Assembly (NCBI GenBank): GCA_905178155.1
Contig: CAJINV010000007.1
Location: forward strand, 2,895,151-2,959,150
Length of the DNA: 64,000 bases
Origin: Amoebophrya sp. A120
Taxonomy: Eukaryota; Protista; Dinoflagellata
Direction: 5' to 3'
The translations under genes were made by a program, and so were the position numbers. Within the stretch, counting starts at the first letter, position 1. Each line of letters starts with the position of its first letter. The notes below the pieces were generated by a model, which was not told where the DNA came from, ran no database searches, and saw only the letters and a program-made list of their open reading frames with translations. Below, piece after piece: positions 1-12,100 of the stretch.

Positions 1-551
1 CGAGAATGTTGCTTCGGACGACAATAGGCGGGACGGTCGCCGCCAACGATGGAGCTGCCTTGTCGGCCGGGGCAGCATAAAAGTTTACCTTTCCCGGCCA
101 TCTCCAAATCATACTCGTCAAAATGCGGCATACCGCGGCGTCACGCAGGTTGCTTGTAAGTAGTAGTCCGACAACATCGACTCGGGGACGCGAAAGGAGC
201 ACGGAGGGGCAGGGAAGTAAGTCCCCAAGCGCTTGGCCCACATTGGCAGCGAAGCGAACATCTGCGCGGAGGTCAGCAGCAGCAAACACTGTGCCAACTT
301 GCCATGTCATGCAGATTTGCACTGACAGGCACATTTGTAATGCGCATCTCCATGAGCGGAATTGCTAGTCGTGTTTTGGCATTTGTAATGCTGTAACCAG
401 GATAAGCAGATGGATTTGTGATGCGTTAGCCCATCCTAACCTGCACTACAGTACGGGCTTGTACTTGTGATGCATGAGTCCCGAAACTTCTACGTTTGTG
501 TTGCAAAATCCCCATCCTGACTCTGGTGTGGGTACGTTTTTACTCAGGATA
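1..551. mobile_element. Introner family A copy with only the right TIR in the window (long or cargo-carrying copy)
   Basis: Ends ...ACTCTGGTGTGGGTACGTTTTTACTCAGGATA at 551. ~306-551 is an inverted homologue of the 1540-1909 element, but the expected second TIR near 300 is absent. Confidence 0.7.
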
Positions 552-3500
552 GTCCCGGTCGGCCGCGTTCGCCGCGGTCCCCAAGGTATGGAAGCGTCAG
601 GTTTGAAATCGTCAAAGTTGAAATAATTTGTAATGCATAAAATGCATGACCCGCGGCACGTGTGTTGCAGAGCAGGCAAGTGCGGCCGATTGTAAGCCTG
701 TTTGGGGCTACAGCTCGAGCTGCTAAAGTAGCATGAGAGAAGCGCTCTTCTTTGCCTAAACAGCATGACAAACTGGATTTAGGGACCACCGAAATTTGTC
801 ATGCGCCACTTGGAAACTGGGTTCCAACTGGCATCCATTTTATGCATGACAAATTATCTCAACTTTGTCGATTTCAACTCTGACACATCCATACAAGGTC
901 GCGGTACCGTAGGCCGTGTAGATGTCCTCGGTCGGTTCCCCCGCGGCCCCAGCGGCCGGGCGGCTGCGCCGCCGCCGCAGCATGAAGGCCAAGCACAGGC
1001 ACAACAGCACCACCACGGCGCCGATCCCCACACCGCCCTGCCAATTGAAGCCGATCGAACCCTTGGCGTGGTCTGCTTCACCTGGTGCACGTTGAAGTTT
1101 TGTTCAACAATTTCATGAATACATGGAGCGAATGATGATTAAAGCACGCGGTTGTCCGTCGGTGGAACCAAAAAAAGAAACCGTGGCCAATATGCATACG
1201 CAAACGAGGCGCATCTGGATTTTCTGGTTGGATGTGGGTATAGATCTGATATCTTATTCTTAGATAGAATGGATAAAGGCAAATATACCCGCAGCGGACA
1301 AGTTGCCGTGGTTGTCGTTCAGGAAGGCGTCGGTGCTATTACCTGCATTTGGTGGTAGATAAGTACATTTTATTAAATAAGTCGTAGTTCGTGATCCGCG
1401 CGGTGGTTCACACAAATATCTGTCATGCTCATGCGAGAGAAGAGGAAGACGAAGCCATTATCATTAAATCAAATACTTATGACTAATTACCGTGGGGCAG
1501 CAACGCCTTGACCGCATCGACATCGGCTTTCTTGCGGATGATCCTGAGTAAAAACGTACCCACACCAGAGTCAGGATGGAGATTTTGCAACACAAACCTA
1601 GGAGTTTTGTGAGTCACGCATGACATAAACAGACTGTGCTACTGCGGGAATGGCATTGTGTTTCGGGTGAGTTGATCAACCCAAAGACGCCGCCACCCCG
1701 GTTGACACGCATGACAAGTTGCACTCTGCAGTGTAGTGCAGGTTAGCAAGTGCAGCCGCATCACAGATTCATCTGCTCATCCTTTTTACACCATCAAAAA
1801 TTCCAAAACACGATTGGAAATGGCTCTCATGGGGATGCGCATTACAAGTCTTCCTGTCTTTGCAAATCTGCATTACAACTCTGGTGTGGGGACGTTTTTA
1901 CTCAGGATACGGATGATCCCGTCATCGTCCAGGCACTCGTCAGAGTCGAGCTCACGGTCGCTATGGGGGTGTCAGGATCGAAAACGACAAAATCAAAAAA
2001 TTTGTAATGCATAAAATGTAGGGCACGTAAGGCCTGCGTTGGAGAGCAGGCAAATGGTAACGATTGCCAGGCTGTTTAGGGGAAGAGGATGTGCTGCCAG
2101 AGTACCATGACAGGAGCAATCTTCTTTGCCCAAGCACCATGACAGGCTGGATTTTGGCACTCCCGAAATTTGTCATGCGCCACTTGGACACTGAGGCTCC
2201 AACTGGTATCGATTTTATGCATCACAAACTATTTCGATTTTGTTGATTTCGATCCTGACAGTTCCATAGTCGCCCTCGCGCCCGTAACTCGCCATAGTAG
2301 AAGTAGTCGTGGTGGTGGTCGCGATGGTTTCTATGCATTACAAAAGCAAGGTCGTAGTCGTACTAGCACCACACCAGTACCAGCACATTTTGCATAAAAG
2401 TAATTTTTCCAAGTAGATGCAAAAGGCAACTTGTCACGCCAAAAGCAGCATCACATGCATGTTTCTTTGTGGTCATCACTTCGAGTACGATACTTTTGCC
2501 CCCGATAGTTCCGGTGACACTCTTGTTTTCGTCCAACAACGCATGGACGTCGTATGCATTGCAAATGTGTCTACTGGCTCTGGAAGGACGCAAGCTTGTG
2601 ATGTAGCTAGGCCTTGATTGATACAAAAAATCGTCTTGCGCAACCAGCATAACCGTGTCACTTTTTGCGGCCCCCCAAAGAAAAAGCATGGATTTCTTAG
2701 GGCTTGCACGACAGACCTTCTGTGTGATGCAAAGACGGCATGACAAAACTCTGCAATCTTCCGCTTCCAGACCCACACACATTTGCACTTGGTACGTCGG
2801 AAATCTTGCGGATAATCCCATCGTCATCCAGGCACTCGTCGTCCTCCAGTTCGCGTTCACCCTTCTCACCGTAACTCGTATCAAAAGCAAATATGTCTGG
2901 GCCTGGAAGACTGCGAGATTTGCTATGCTAGTCTGGCATAACACTGAGCTCTGTGTTGCGTGGCCAGCAAGAGCTCATCTGGCGTCATGCAAAAACGCTG
3001 TAACTCGTGCGAAATACGTAACACAAAGCCACGGAAACATTTGTCATGCTTGGCGATGCATTACAGTCATGTGCTTTCTGTTTCTATTCACTGACATGCA
3101 TCACAAGTTTCCAGACCCAGACATATTTGAAGTGGATAACTCGGCAAGTCGGAGTATTTAGTCGCGTTCTTCGCCAGGACCGTATCCTCGGACGCAAGAT
3201 CGTCGGAGGAGCCGCCGTATGCATTGCAAATGTGGTTGGGTCTGGATCTGTGATGCGAAATTTGAAGAACAGCGAGATCTGAAATGCATGAATACCAATA
3301 ATAGCCGCGTCCGCGGGGGTACTGAGGTCATGGCGGTTTTTTTGTCTTCATGCCAAAAAATGGCACGACTTCTCTGCCCACCATGCCATCGTGAGTAATG
3401 TTACGCACGACGGCACGGCGGTCGCTAAAAATGTCGGTCCAGAACAGGCCGCCACTTGGTTTCGAATCGAAAAACCTTCCCCGCATGCTATGGCCCCGCA

Positions 3501-5070
3501 AGGGCCCCCGCAAGGGTCGGCCCCTTGGGAGCCCCAAATCGGGCCCATAGCATGCGGATTGGCTTTTTCTTTTTGGCGGACTTTGTTTTTTTGTTTTCTT
3601 TTTGGCAAAATGCCGCATCTCCTGGCCTTCAGTCCGCCTCTGAAGTGGCGGATTTTGGTGGCCTCTTTTGCGAGGCCCGAATGTGGGCCAAAATGAGGCC
3701 CATACTATGCGGATTCGCTGTTTTTTTCGGAGTGCTGCTTTTTGGGCGCCCCCTTTTGGGCGCCCCAAATCGCCAGAAACTAAGGCGGTGGGCGCCTGAG
3801 AAGGGCGCCTCTTTTGCCGGCTCCCCTGCGTCGTTTTATCAAGCGGGAATCGATAGCTTTCGACCGGGCTTGTTTGATGGCAAAGCCCCGGCCGCTTGAT
3901 AATTGAAAATTTTTTATATCCAAAAACACTTCCGCCCGCTTAGTAACTGCCGGTCGTTTTGCGTGCTGCATGTCAAAAAAACCGCTAGGATAGAACGTTC
4001 GTGACCTCACTACATACGATGGGCCAGATTATTTGTCGTGCTGGAAACCAGTTTGTCATGCAAAAAGCGGTCGAACCTACTAGAACTCGCAAAAATACCA
4101 AGCGAAAATAAACTTGTCATGCGTAGACGCCACACAAAACATCATCGGTCGGCCATGCATACTCAGCAAGAAAAATTCGTTGCGTCTCTCCAGGAGACCC
4201 AGACTACACATTTGCAATTCATACGCCGCAGGAGCCCCCCGACAGCGACCCGAAACTGTTCTTCGCGGTCGTGGTGGTGGTGGTCGTGGTGTCAAGTGCG
4301 GCCGCTTCCGCCGCCTCGTTGTCCCGCAGCAGCTTCGCGGCGTTGTAAGCGTCTTTCTTCTGGATGATCCCGTCCTCATCGAGGCATTCGTCGGAGTCCA
4401 GTTCACGATCTTATTGTGGGGAAAAATCCCCCTCCCCATGTTGAAAAAGCATTTGCCTGAAAATTTGTGACGCAGATCTGAGACCACCAATCCTGTCTGT
4501 CTCGCAAAGAGGCAAACTCAGAAAGTCCGCCGCGCTTCTATGTGGGCGATTTGTGACGCTGTAAGAACGCCTACAGAGCAGACGTCTGCCATGCGAGGCG
4601 CCTACACCAAAAGGCCCCTACAGCCTAGGCTTGCAATCTGCGCGCAGTCCTCTACTGCAAGACAAATCTGATTTGTGTACACAATAAATGATCCCGCATC
4701 ACAAATTTCCGTTTTGATATGGGGAGGGGGCATTTTTCATTTTGATAGATCTCCCTCGAACTCCACATCGTGGTCTGTTTTCTTTTTGAGGCGCAGCGGA
4801 TCCACGGGCTTCACGTCCCCGGCCGTGAAGAAGTCGGTCACGTCCCGCGACTTCCCCATGCTCCCGTCATCCCCCACCGGCTCATCCGTGTGTTCCAGGT
4901 GGTGGCTCACGTCACCCTGCGCGTCCACCTCGTGCGAGGCGAGACCTATGCTGTGGAAAAAACTTTTGCACACATTCAAATCGAAATCCTTGGAAGTTGC
5001 CGAAGGTGAAGCTATAATAATTATATTTATATCATATGCCTTGTTGTTGTTCATCGCCTTTGCGGTGCAG
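552..5070 (-). CDS. Type I membrane/surface protein with three (G-D/E-RELD-DECLD-DGII-K) repeats separated by Thr-rich linkers; multi-exon; 5' end uncertain and 3' end runs off the window
   Basis: Exons ~4748-4946, 4224-4406, 3139-3212, 2795-2873, 2508-2547, 2269-2326, 1910-1956, 1491-1534, ~1289-1342, 894-~1081 and 552-581 splice into one frame: ...EFEGDRELDSDECLDEDGIIQKKDAY...TTTTTT...SYGEKGERELEDDECLDDDGIIRKISDV...TTTTTT..SYGREGDRELDSDECLDDDGIIRKKADV...GVGIGAVVVLLCLCLAFMLRRRR (TM helix plus basic stop-transfer). Confidence 0.8.
587..893. mobile_element. Introner family B (307 nt), non-canonical intron
   Basis: TIR TATGGAAGCGTCAG.../...CTGACACATCCATA; TSD CAAGG (582-586, 894-898); removal restores the frame (ATL|GTA). 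Confidence 0.92.
1540..1909. mobile_element. Introner family A (370 nt)
   Basis: ~31-bp TIR ATCCTGAGTAAAAACGT.CCCACACCAGAGT; TSD CGGAT; removal gives DGIIRKK. Confidence 0.92.
1962..2268. mobile_element. Introner family B (307 nt)
   Basis: TATGG..GTGTCAGGATCGAAA / TTTCGATCCTGACA..CCATA; TSD GTCGC; removal gives EGDRELD. Confidence 0.92.
2332..2507. mobile_element. Degenerate introner (176 nt)
   Basis: TAT...ATA ends; imperfect TSD GTTTC/GTTCC; removal restores the frame (VTGTIATTT). Confidence 0.7.
2553..2794. mobile_element. Introner family C (242 nt)
   Basis: TIR TGCAAATGTGT..TCTGGAAG / CTTCCAGACCCACACACATTTGCA; TSD CGTCG; removal gives ISDVHALL. Confidence 0.88.
2879..3138. mobile_element. 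Introner family C (260 nt)
   Basis: TATC..AAATATGTCTGGGCCTGGAA / TTCCAGACCCAGACATATTT..GATA; TSD ACTCG; removal gives LPSYGEK. Confidence 0.9.
3218..4223. mobile_element. Family C-like introner enlarged to 1006 nt by a nested insertion
   Basis: TATG.ATTGCAAATGTG / CACATTTGCAATTCATA; TSD CGCCG (3213-3217, 4224-4228); removal gives GSCGGSSD. Confidence 0.88.
3319..4013. mobile_element. Nested non-autonomous TIR element inside the introner
   Basis: GTACTGAGGTCA (3319) vs TGACCTCACTAC (4002-4013) match 11/12 as an inverted repeat; subterminal GCGGTTTTTTTG / CAAAAAAACCGC; internal GGCCCC/GGGCGCCC repeats. Confidence 0.6.
4412..4747. mobile_element. Introner family D (336 nt)
   Basis: TIR GAAAAAT.CCCCTCCCCAT / ATGGGGAGGGGGCATTTTTC; TSD GATCT; removal gives EFEGDRELD. 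Confidence 0.92.
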
Positions 5071-6043
5071 TAGATGCAAATTAAAGAATTGTAGCCGCGT
5101 TGTTGAAGAAGTTTTTGCCGAAAGCGCAGTCGGTCGAGCGTAACAAACGCAGTGGCATAATTCTTCTTGCACGGGAGCCTGCGAAGGCGAACCAACTACA
5201 CTGTTCGAAAATGCATCTCCTTGGAAGGCGCATCAAGCAATGTCTGCTTCGCTCTACTTGCAACTGCAACTGCAACTTCAACGAGTCAAAAGAGAGAAAG
5301 CTTTTTTCCACCGGATAACGTCATCACTGTGGCGCTCAAGAACATGGGCCTTCTGTTGCATCCTCATGTTTTCTTAGCCTAGTTGTACTAGTAGAGGCAC
5401 AACTTTTACTAGCGCGATGGAAAAAAGTGACAAACAAGAAACAACTTTCAGAGCGCCCAAATGAGAGCTGCTATCTTTGCTAAAGCAGGGCATTATTTCG
5501 TATATTCTTTTTGTAAGTGTAAGATCAGTAGAAAGAAAAGAAAGTGGTCTGTTGTACAACGACAAGCCCAACGTCGAGTTTATTTTTCGAGTTCCTTGCG
5601 ATGACGATTCACGACGACGATTCTTTGGTGATAGCGAGCTGTTTCCCCTTATTCACGATAAAAACCGAAGGCAAGTTCACGACATGAGACGATGCATTTT
5701 TCCTATTTGTGGCAAAAGATCTTCACAGACTTTTATTTACGATGTGCGTACTTATTGACCATGCACGTTCTGTCACTGTCTTCATTACTTTTACGAAACT
5801 CTACTGGAGAACACAGAAAGCCCGCCAGTCACTCATGTTCCGATGTAAGAGGCTTCTCGGCGCAGGAGGGCAGTACTCAGAAGTTCCTGGTTATTTTATC
5901 ATGAGTCAGAGAGTCGCTTTTTGTAATAGAATTCAGGTTTCTAATAGAAGAAGACGAAAGCTTAGCTAGCGCCAACGATTGTAGAAGTTGCCCGTATACG
6001 TATTGTTCATTCGCTTGCTAAATACACGACACACATTTTCTCT

Positions 6044-8014
6044 TCAGTTTGCGAAGAAAAACGCTGTGTGTCGCTGTTGCGTCCACAGCCTGGGTGGGTG
6101 CTGCGGGGTCCCGCCGTAGGCCTCGCAGAATTCTTCCAAGCTGTACATGTTGTCGTCTGCCGGGTCGACTCTTCGCTCCACCTTCTTGCCCCCCTTTTTT
6201 TTGTCGTCGTCCGAGTCGTTTTCGTTTCCGTCTTCGTCCTCGCTGGAGGAACTCGGCAGGTTCGCTCGCTCCTCTTCGGCCCGCAGCTTCGCGAGTTTTT
6301 TCTCGATCAGCTCTTGCTTTCTCTTCTCCTCCCGCTCCTTCTCCCGCTTCTGGATGCGCTCTTCCAGGGTCTCTTTTTCTACTTCCGAGCCGCGGGACCG
6401 GCTGTCATTTTTACGGCCGCCGCGAGCAGCGGCTCCGGCTGGCGGCGCTTTGTCGTGTTTATAATTCGCTGGCCGACCGCGCGAGTCCTCGTTGTTCCTG
6501 CGGCCTCTCGTGCGATCCTCGTTGTACGAGGCCCTGTTCGCAGCTCGGCCACGAGAATCCTCCTTCTTGCTCTTTCGAGAGTTGTAGTAGTTGTTCTCTC
6601 CTCGTCTCGCTGCGGGGGACCGCGAACGAGAATCATTCCGGGTTGTTCCACGGTTTGTGGTTGCAGCTTTGTCCCTAGTAGTTGTACCTCTCCCACCGCT
6701 GCGATTTCTACTGTCGTTTGTTTTCTTTTGCTCCTTGCGACGATCCCGGCTGCGGTCTCGGTCCCTAGTCGTCTTTTTCTTCTCCTCCTCCTTCTCCTCC
6801 TTTTTGGGGCGAATCCGGAATTTGCTGTAGTGGTCGTCCAAGGGGTGCTTCGCCGCCAGCATGCGTTTCGCCCGTTCCTCCGCCTCCTTTTGTTTCTTCG
6901 CATCGACGAGCGGTTTTTGCAGGTCCTCGTCACTGTCAGAGGGCAACCCTCTTGCTCGCCGCTCCTTCCGGATCAACCACTTGGGCTTGTCAGAGCCCTG
7001 GGGTTGCCCAAACGTATTCGGCTCGTCTTCTTCGGACGAAATCAGGTTGACGACCTGTTTTTTTTTTGTTTATTTTCGCTTCATAAGTACAAGCTGAACC
7101 CATAGTTGATTAGTTTGTACATCCAAGGTAGTTCGTGCACTTCAGGTATGGTGATTCGCTACGACAGGAAGGATTATCATCGTAGGAAGGTCATGCGCAC
7201 GACCACGCCGGTGGTATAAACCAACTAATCCCAGGAAAGAAAGCCTCTACACGAAATCAAAGCGGAGCAGGAAAAGGAAAACCAAGCGACAAAAAGTAAA
7301 CAAAAACAAAATTATACCGCATGCTCCTTGTGTATCCTGAATTTGTTGGACTGCAGAAATTTTTGCTGGTTGTAAGTGAAGTATCCTAAATTGTTCGGGT
7401 CCTGCAGCAGCTCGAACGCCTTCTTTGACTGCGCAAAGTGCCAATCGTCGCCGAAGGTCGGCGCGGCGAGGATTTCGTACACGCGGAAAATGTGCTGGTG
7501 GGTAAATCGCCCGTCCTCCATAGCCTGGAACGCTTTCTGGAGCCAGGAGAGCTTACCTGCATAATTATGCGCATTTCATCAGAGGCTACGAATAAACGAA
7601 GACAATCTTACGTAAAAACAACATGTAAAGTACGATGGATATTGTTGTTCATGCTCGTCATCGTCTTCCATCGAAACATGAATATCACTATCACATCGAG
7701 AACTGTACAAATTTGTACTATATTGAAAAATAAAATCCCAAAGGGAAGTTTGAGTAGAGCACTGTAGCAAGGCGAACTGAGCACTGTGCTATACCTTTCG
7801 CCTTCTTTCGGAGGACCACATCGCTATCCAGTGTGACGTAGGCTTCCTCCTCGCGGTTCTTTTCGATCCCGGTCTTTTTTTTCTCCCGCATCACTTGCTC
7901 TTTGTTCAGCTTTTCCACCTGGTACTTCGCCTCCATCGTCAGCTTACCGTCCGCCCCGCGCTCCCACACGAGCTTCATGGCGTCGGTATCGTCCTCCAAT
8001 CGCGCGGCCGCCAT
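6044..8014 (-). CDS. Hypothetical protein with an RS/RD-rich charged region and a C-terminal ERRVDP..YSLEEF motif; 3 or more exons
   Basis: Exons ~7794-8014, ~7318-7556 and 6044-~7054 join in frame via GT-AG introns; the start may lie further upstream. Confidence 0.7.
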
Positions 8015-8650
8015 TTTGTCCGGGGTACTGGCTTTTACTTCTTGTACCTCTGGTCCCGGGCTTGACCAAAATGAAACAGAGGATTGACTCCTGTAGTAGT
8101 CGTGTAGCTAGTTCGTGTGTGAAGATCAAGATTTATTCCTGAAGATGCGAATATTAAGCAACTCTTTATCTTTTCGAAGTAGTTACGCTTTTATATTCCA
8201 CTTATGAAGGGCCGAGTCGGTAGTTTCTTTACCTGTGTTGAAGATGTTGAGAAAATTTTGAAAAGCATGCGAATCCGAATTGTTCGCCATGTTACGATTA
8301 TTTCCTTGTTGCACTGTTCTTGCTTTGTCGCTCTATCAGTCTTGATTTAGGGACGAAGATGCTGGCATTTTTAATTTGTGAATACATGAAGCGCTTCTAC
8401 TGCAACGGGTTCATTTCAAGCGAATCGCCACCCCCGGCACAGCGCAAAACAATCAAAGATCAGCTTTTTCAAAAAAGAATGGCACCATGCGTGGTCGTGG
8501 AGATCCTTCTCAAGTCGTTGCCGTGATCTAGGAAAAGGCGAACAACGTCACAAATAAGGCGGCAAGAAACACAATGGCTTTCTGTTTCTGTCGATAATGT
8601 TTATTCGAGATGGTGCATGTTGTTGAATACAGGGAGGAGCGTTTGATCTA

Positions 8651-8670
8651 CTAGTAGTAGTAGTAGTAGT
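8651..8670. repeat. (TAG)n microsatellite
   Basis: ctagtagtagtagtagtagt. Confidence 0.8.
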
Positions 8671-9174
8671 GATTCCCAGCAAGGGGAGAGAACACTCGGC
8701 AAATATTCTACAAACAAAACATTTTGAAAAAAAAGCATGACTTTGTCTCGCTTCTGTCTACCGGCACGGCCACGGTGCATCTGAAAGTTGGATTTAGCAT
8801 TCTTCTTTTTTTTTTATATATGTTTGATAAATATTCTGCAACGTTCACGGCGTCGGCAATACTTCAAGAAATTTTACAAGAGGAAATTTTAGCACATTCA
8901 TACGTTAGTAATCGCAACAGAGGTTTCAATTGCGACTCATGCCTATCGTGAAGTGCATTGCATTGTGATTTTCGTTTACGGGAAACACGACCATTCCGGT
9001 TTTCATGTCTTTTATTTGGTGTAGATGTTGACAAATATTTGGAATCTTAACAGATTGATGAAGACAGGCTGCGTACTCGCACACGAAGAGTCTACAGCTG
9101 CCCTCCTACATACTACAAAATCTGTTCGCACTTTCCTCTCCCTATTCCGATCTCAGTCTCGACTTCGTCAGCAT

Positions 9175-12100
9175 TTACATCACCGCACAGCTCGACTTCT
9201 TTTCGTCTACTCTCGAAACCCCCGACCGCAAACCGTCCGGGAGCAGGCCCGGTTGGGTCCAGTCGTAATCGTCGAGTGGCGATCGGTAGGAGGCGTAGGG
9301 GTTTACGTAGGTTGCAAACGGATCGGTGTATTGGTAGGTAAAGGGGTCACTATCCTTCTTCGGCGCCAGGTAGTCGCCAAAGTCATATTCGTAACGCGGG
9401 CTGTGGTGAACAAGCTTGAGATCGATGTTGCTCTGATTTTTGCGTCAACCTATCTAATGTTGATTTCATGCAAATCATATATTTTGTCAATAAGGAAAGT
9501 ATCAGCAGCATGGTGCGAAGTAGATGCATGCAGGTACAACTACTAGGTGTAGTACGCACAAACAACCACGATAAAACAATACGACGAAGCCGCCTGGCTC
9601 AGCACCTCCTCTGCCTGGTCTATCGTGGCTCCAGGGTGGCTTTTGCAGCAGCCCCGCCCCGTTTGCCCGCTGCTCGCAAGTGCAGCCTCGCGCTTATCAT
9701 TTGAAGATGATGTTCCAGGATCATCTGCAAAAAAATTCTGTCCTCCGATCATGTAGCTGGAGCTACTCGCCGGTAGAAACGGATTCTCGCTGTAGGAGTA
9801 TGGTTGATAACTGTTGTAGTCAAATCCGTACTCACCCGCTGTTGAGGACGAGGAAACTTCGAGAGGGTTACTAAACGAGTCTGAAACAGTATCAGTCCCT
9901 TATCAAAAGGAAAAGTCCCCCCTTCCCCATATCAAAACGAAATTTCTGATGCTGCATTTGAGTACACAAATCAGCTTTGTATTGCAGGAAAGAATTGCAG
10001 TCAGATCCCCAGGCTAGGTAGGGGCGCACGCGTCTAGTTGTTCAGCATGGCAAGCGGCTCCCCTTTAGGCCCAACAGCATGACAAATCGCTTCCATAATG
10101 GGGCGGAAGCTTCTGCCCTAGTCTTCTTGCAAAACAAATGTGATTTGTGACCTCAAATCAGCAACACAAATTTTCGGAAACATGCCTTTTCAGTATGGGG
10201 AGGGGGGATTTTTCCTCTCAATATCCCTCCAGGAGCAGGTCGTCCTGCCGCCGTCGTACTACTGCTGCTACTGCTACTGGAGGAGGACTTACCGTGTTCG
10301 TCTTTTTTCTCCTTTTTCACTTTCGAGCAACTACCCCCGCCCCCGCTTTCGCCCGCCGGACAGCAGACTTTGCACGGCACCGTCGCGATACAGGTGACCG
10401 GCAGGCACGCCGTCTGCACGCAGCCGTAAAACTTCCGGAGCTTCCGCTGCCGCCTGGCGCGATGGATCAGGTCGGCATGGTACTTGGTGTAGGCAACCAC
10501 TTCCCCGATAACGCAGGTCGTGTCATCCGCCTTGCCACCGTAGCCGAAGGGCGTCGGTGCCAGTCTGGTGAAGATTTGTTGTAAATTATATTAAAGCGCC
10601 GATTTTTATTCATTTCTCATGCACATAATCATGATGTACCCAAGAACTGCGGGGTCAACACTCATTGCAAATGCATATCAAGCACGACGCACAGTCTTAA
10701 GTATCTCCTATCAAATCGAAAATTGTCCTCTGCGTTCGTTCTTCTATCTGCAAAAGACTTCTTGATGCACGACTCGACAGACAAGCCACCTCTCACGAAA
10801 AAAGTCATACCCCCTTCCGTCCTCGTCGCATTTTGCCATAGCTGCAGCCACGACGGCCTCGCAGGTCTTTTTCAGCGTCTCCGACGTCTGCGGGGTATAG
10901 GCAGACGAAGAGGACTATGGACTGTGCATCTGTCTGGGTCTGAGAAATGTCATGCTAGTCTTGCATGACTCTGAACTCTGTATTGCGTGCCCTCGAAGAG
11001 GAAGAGCTCTGCTTGCCTGTCATGCAATAACGCAGTTTCTTATGCGGAGTACAAAACTCTGAGCCACGGAAACACTTGTCATGCTAGAAGCGCATGACAG
11101 TGTGCTCACCATTCCCGTCCTTGCGTCACAAGTTTCCAGACCCAGACATAGTTGCAGTTGATAAGGACGAGGGTGTGACGAAATTTTCGTTGACCGCAGA
11201 CAGGATCTCCTCGGTAAAGAGGTTGTCAAACACGCCGTCTGAAGAGGTTTAGGGATGACGATGATGATGTAGTTCTTACTATACAGTTTCGGACGCTGCT
11301 GTACACAAGCCTGAAGGTGAACAAACCTTACGAACCTTCCGAAGATTCTAGAGACAGACGATCAAAGAACGAATAAAGGTGGACAAACGGAAAGCAACAG
11401 CCACAAAATGCTATGACACGCAGCAAAGACCGCAGTATGCGTGCTTCGCGAAACAAAGCAAGCAAAAACAAAAAGAAGGTGAAACGCTGTTGCTGAAGAT
11501 AGACCACGTACCACGACGTGAACTCTTCATTATATGCCGTCACACTATGAGAGAATTTCTGTCTACTATGGGTAGAACCACTACCACGTTCAAGGTTTTT
11601 ATATCATTTTTTGTTTTTTTTGCGAGTATTTAATGCAAAACTTTTCAATCAAATCTGCACACGACTGACTCTATGGAGTTCAGTTGCGAGCAGCTTGATC
11701 TTGCTTTATTTGTAGGTTTTTGAATAGCCTTTTTGCAATAGTTAGAAGTGTCTAGTGTTAGCGCAAAATGCAGGAGAAAAAATGGCGTCTAAAATGTTGA
11801 TATGAAAATTTGCGATTTTCTGCAGCGGAGTGAAAATGATCTTTTTTCTAGCGTTATCGATATTTTCTAGGTCATTATTTTTTTTTGTGATTTTTTTCTC
11901 GACTTATAATTGCGGTTAGCGCCGTTTCGACTAACTCAATTTTGATTACATCGGTAGTTGGAGAGAAGTTTAAAAATAAGTGTATCAACATACTCTACTT
12001 GCGGGAGACCACAATTACTGCATACAAAAATATGAGTCTGCTGATCACTAAATCCAATCCGGCATTCGTGTACTGGCGGTCTCCGAAAAACTGTTTTTCC

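Noticed and set aside
587-4747. Repeat-spacer alternation resembling a CRISPR array
   Set aside because: The repeats are 170-370-nt TIR elements of different families, the 'spacers' are in-frame exons, there are no cas genes, and the context is eukaryotic
6049-7105. Long plus-strand ORFs (here and opposite other genes, e.g. 33819-34715, 30039-30803)
   Set aside because: They are antisense shadows of GC-rich minus-strand exons with no recognisable domains
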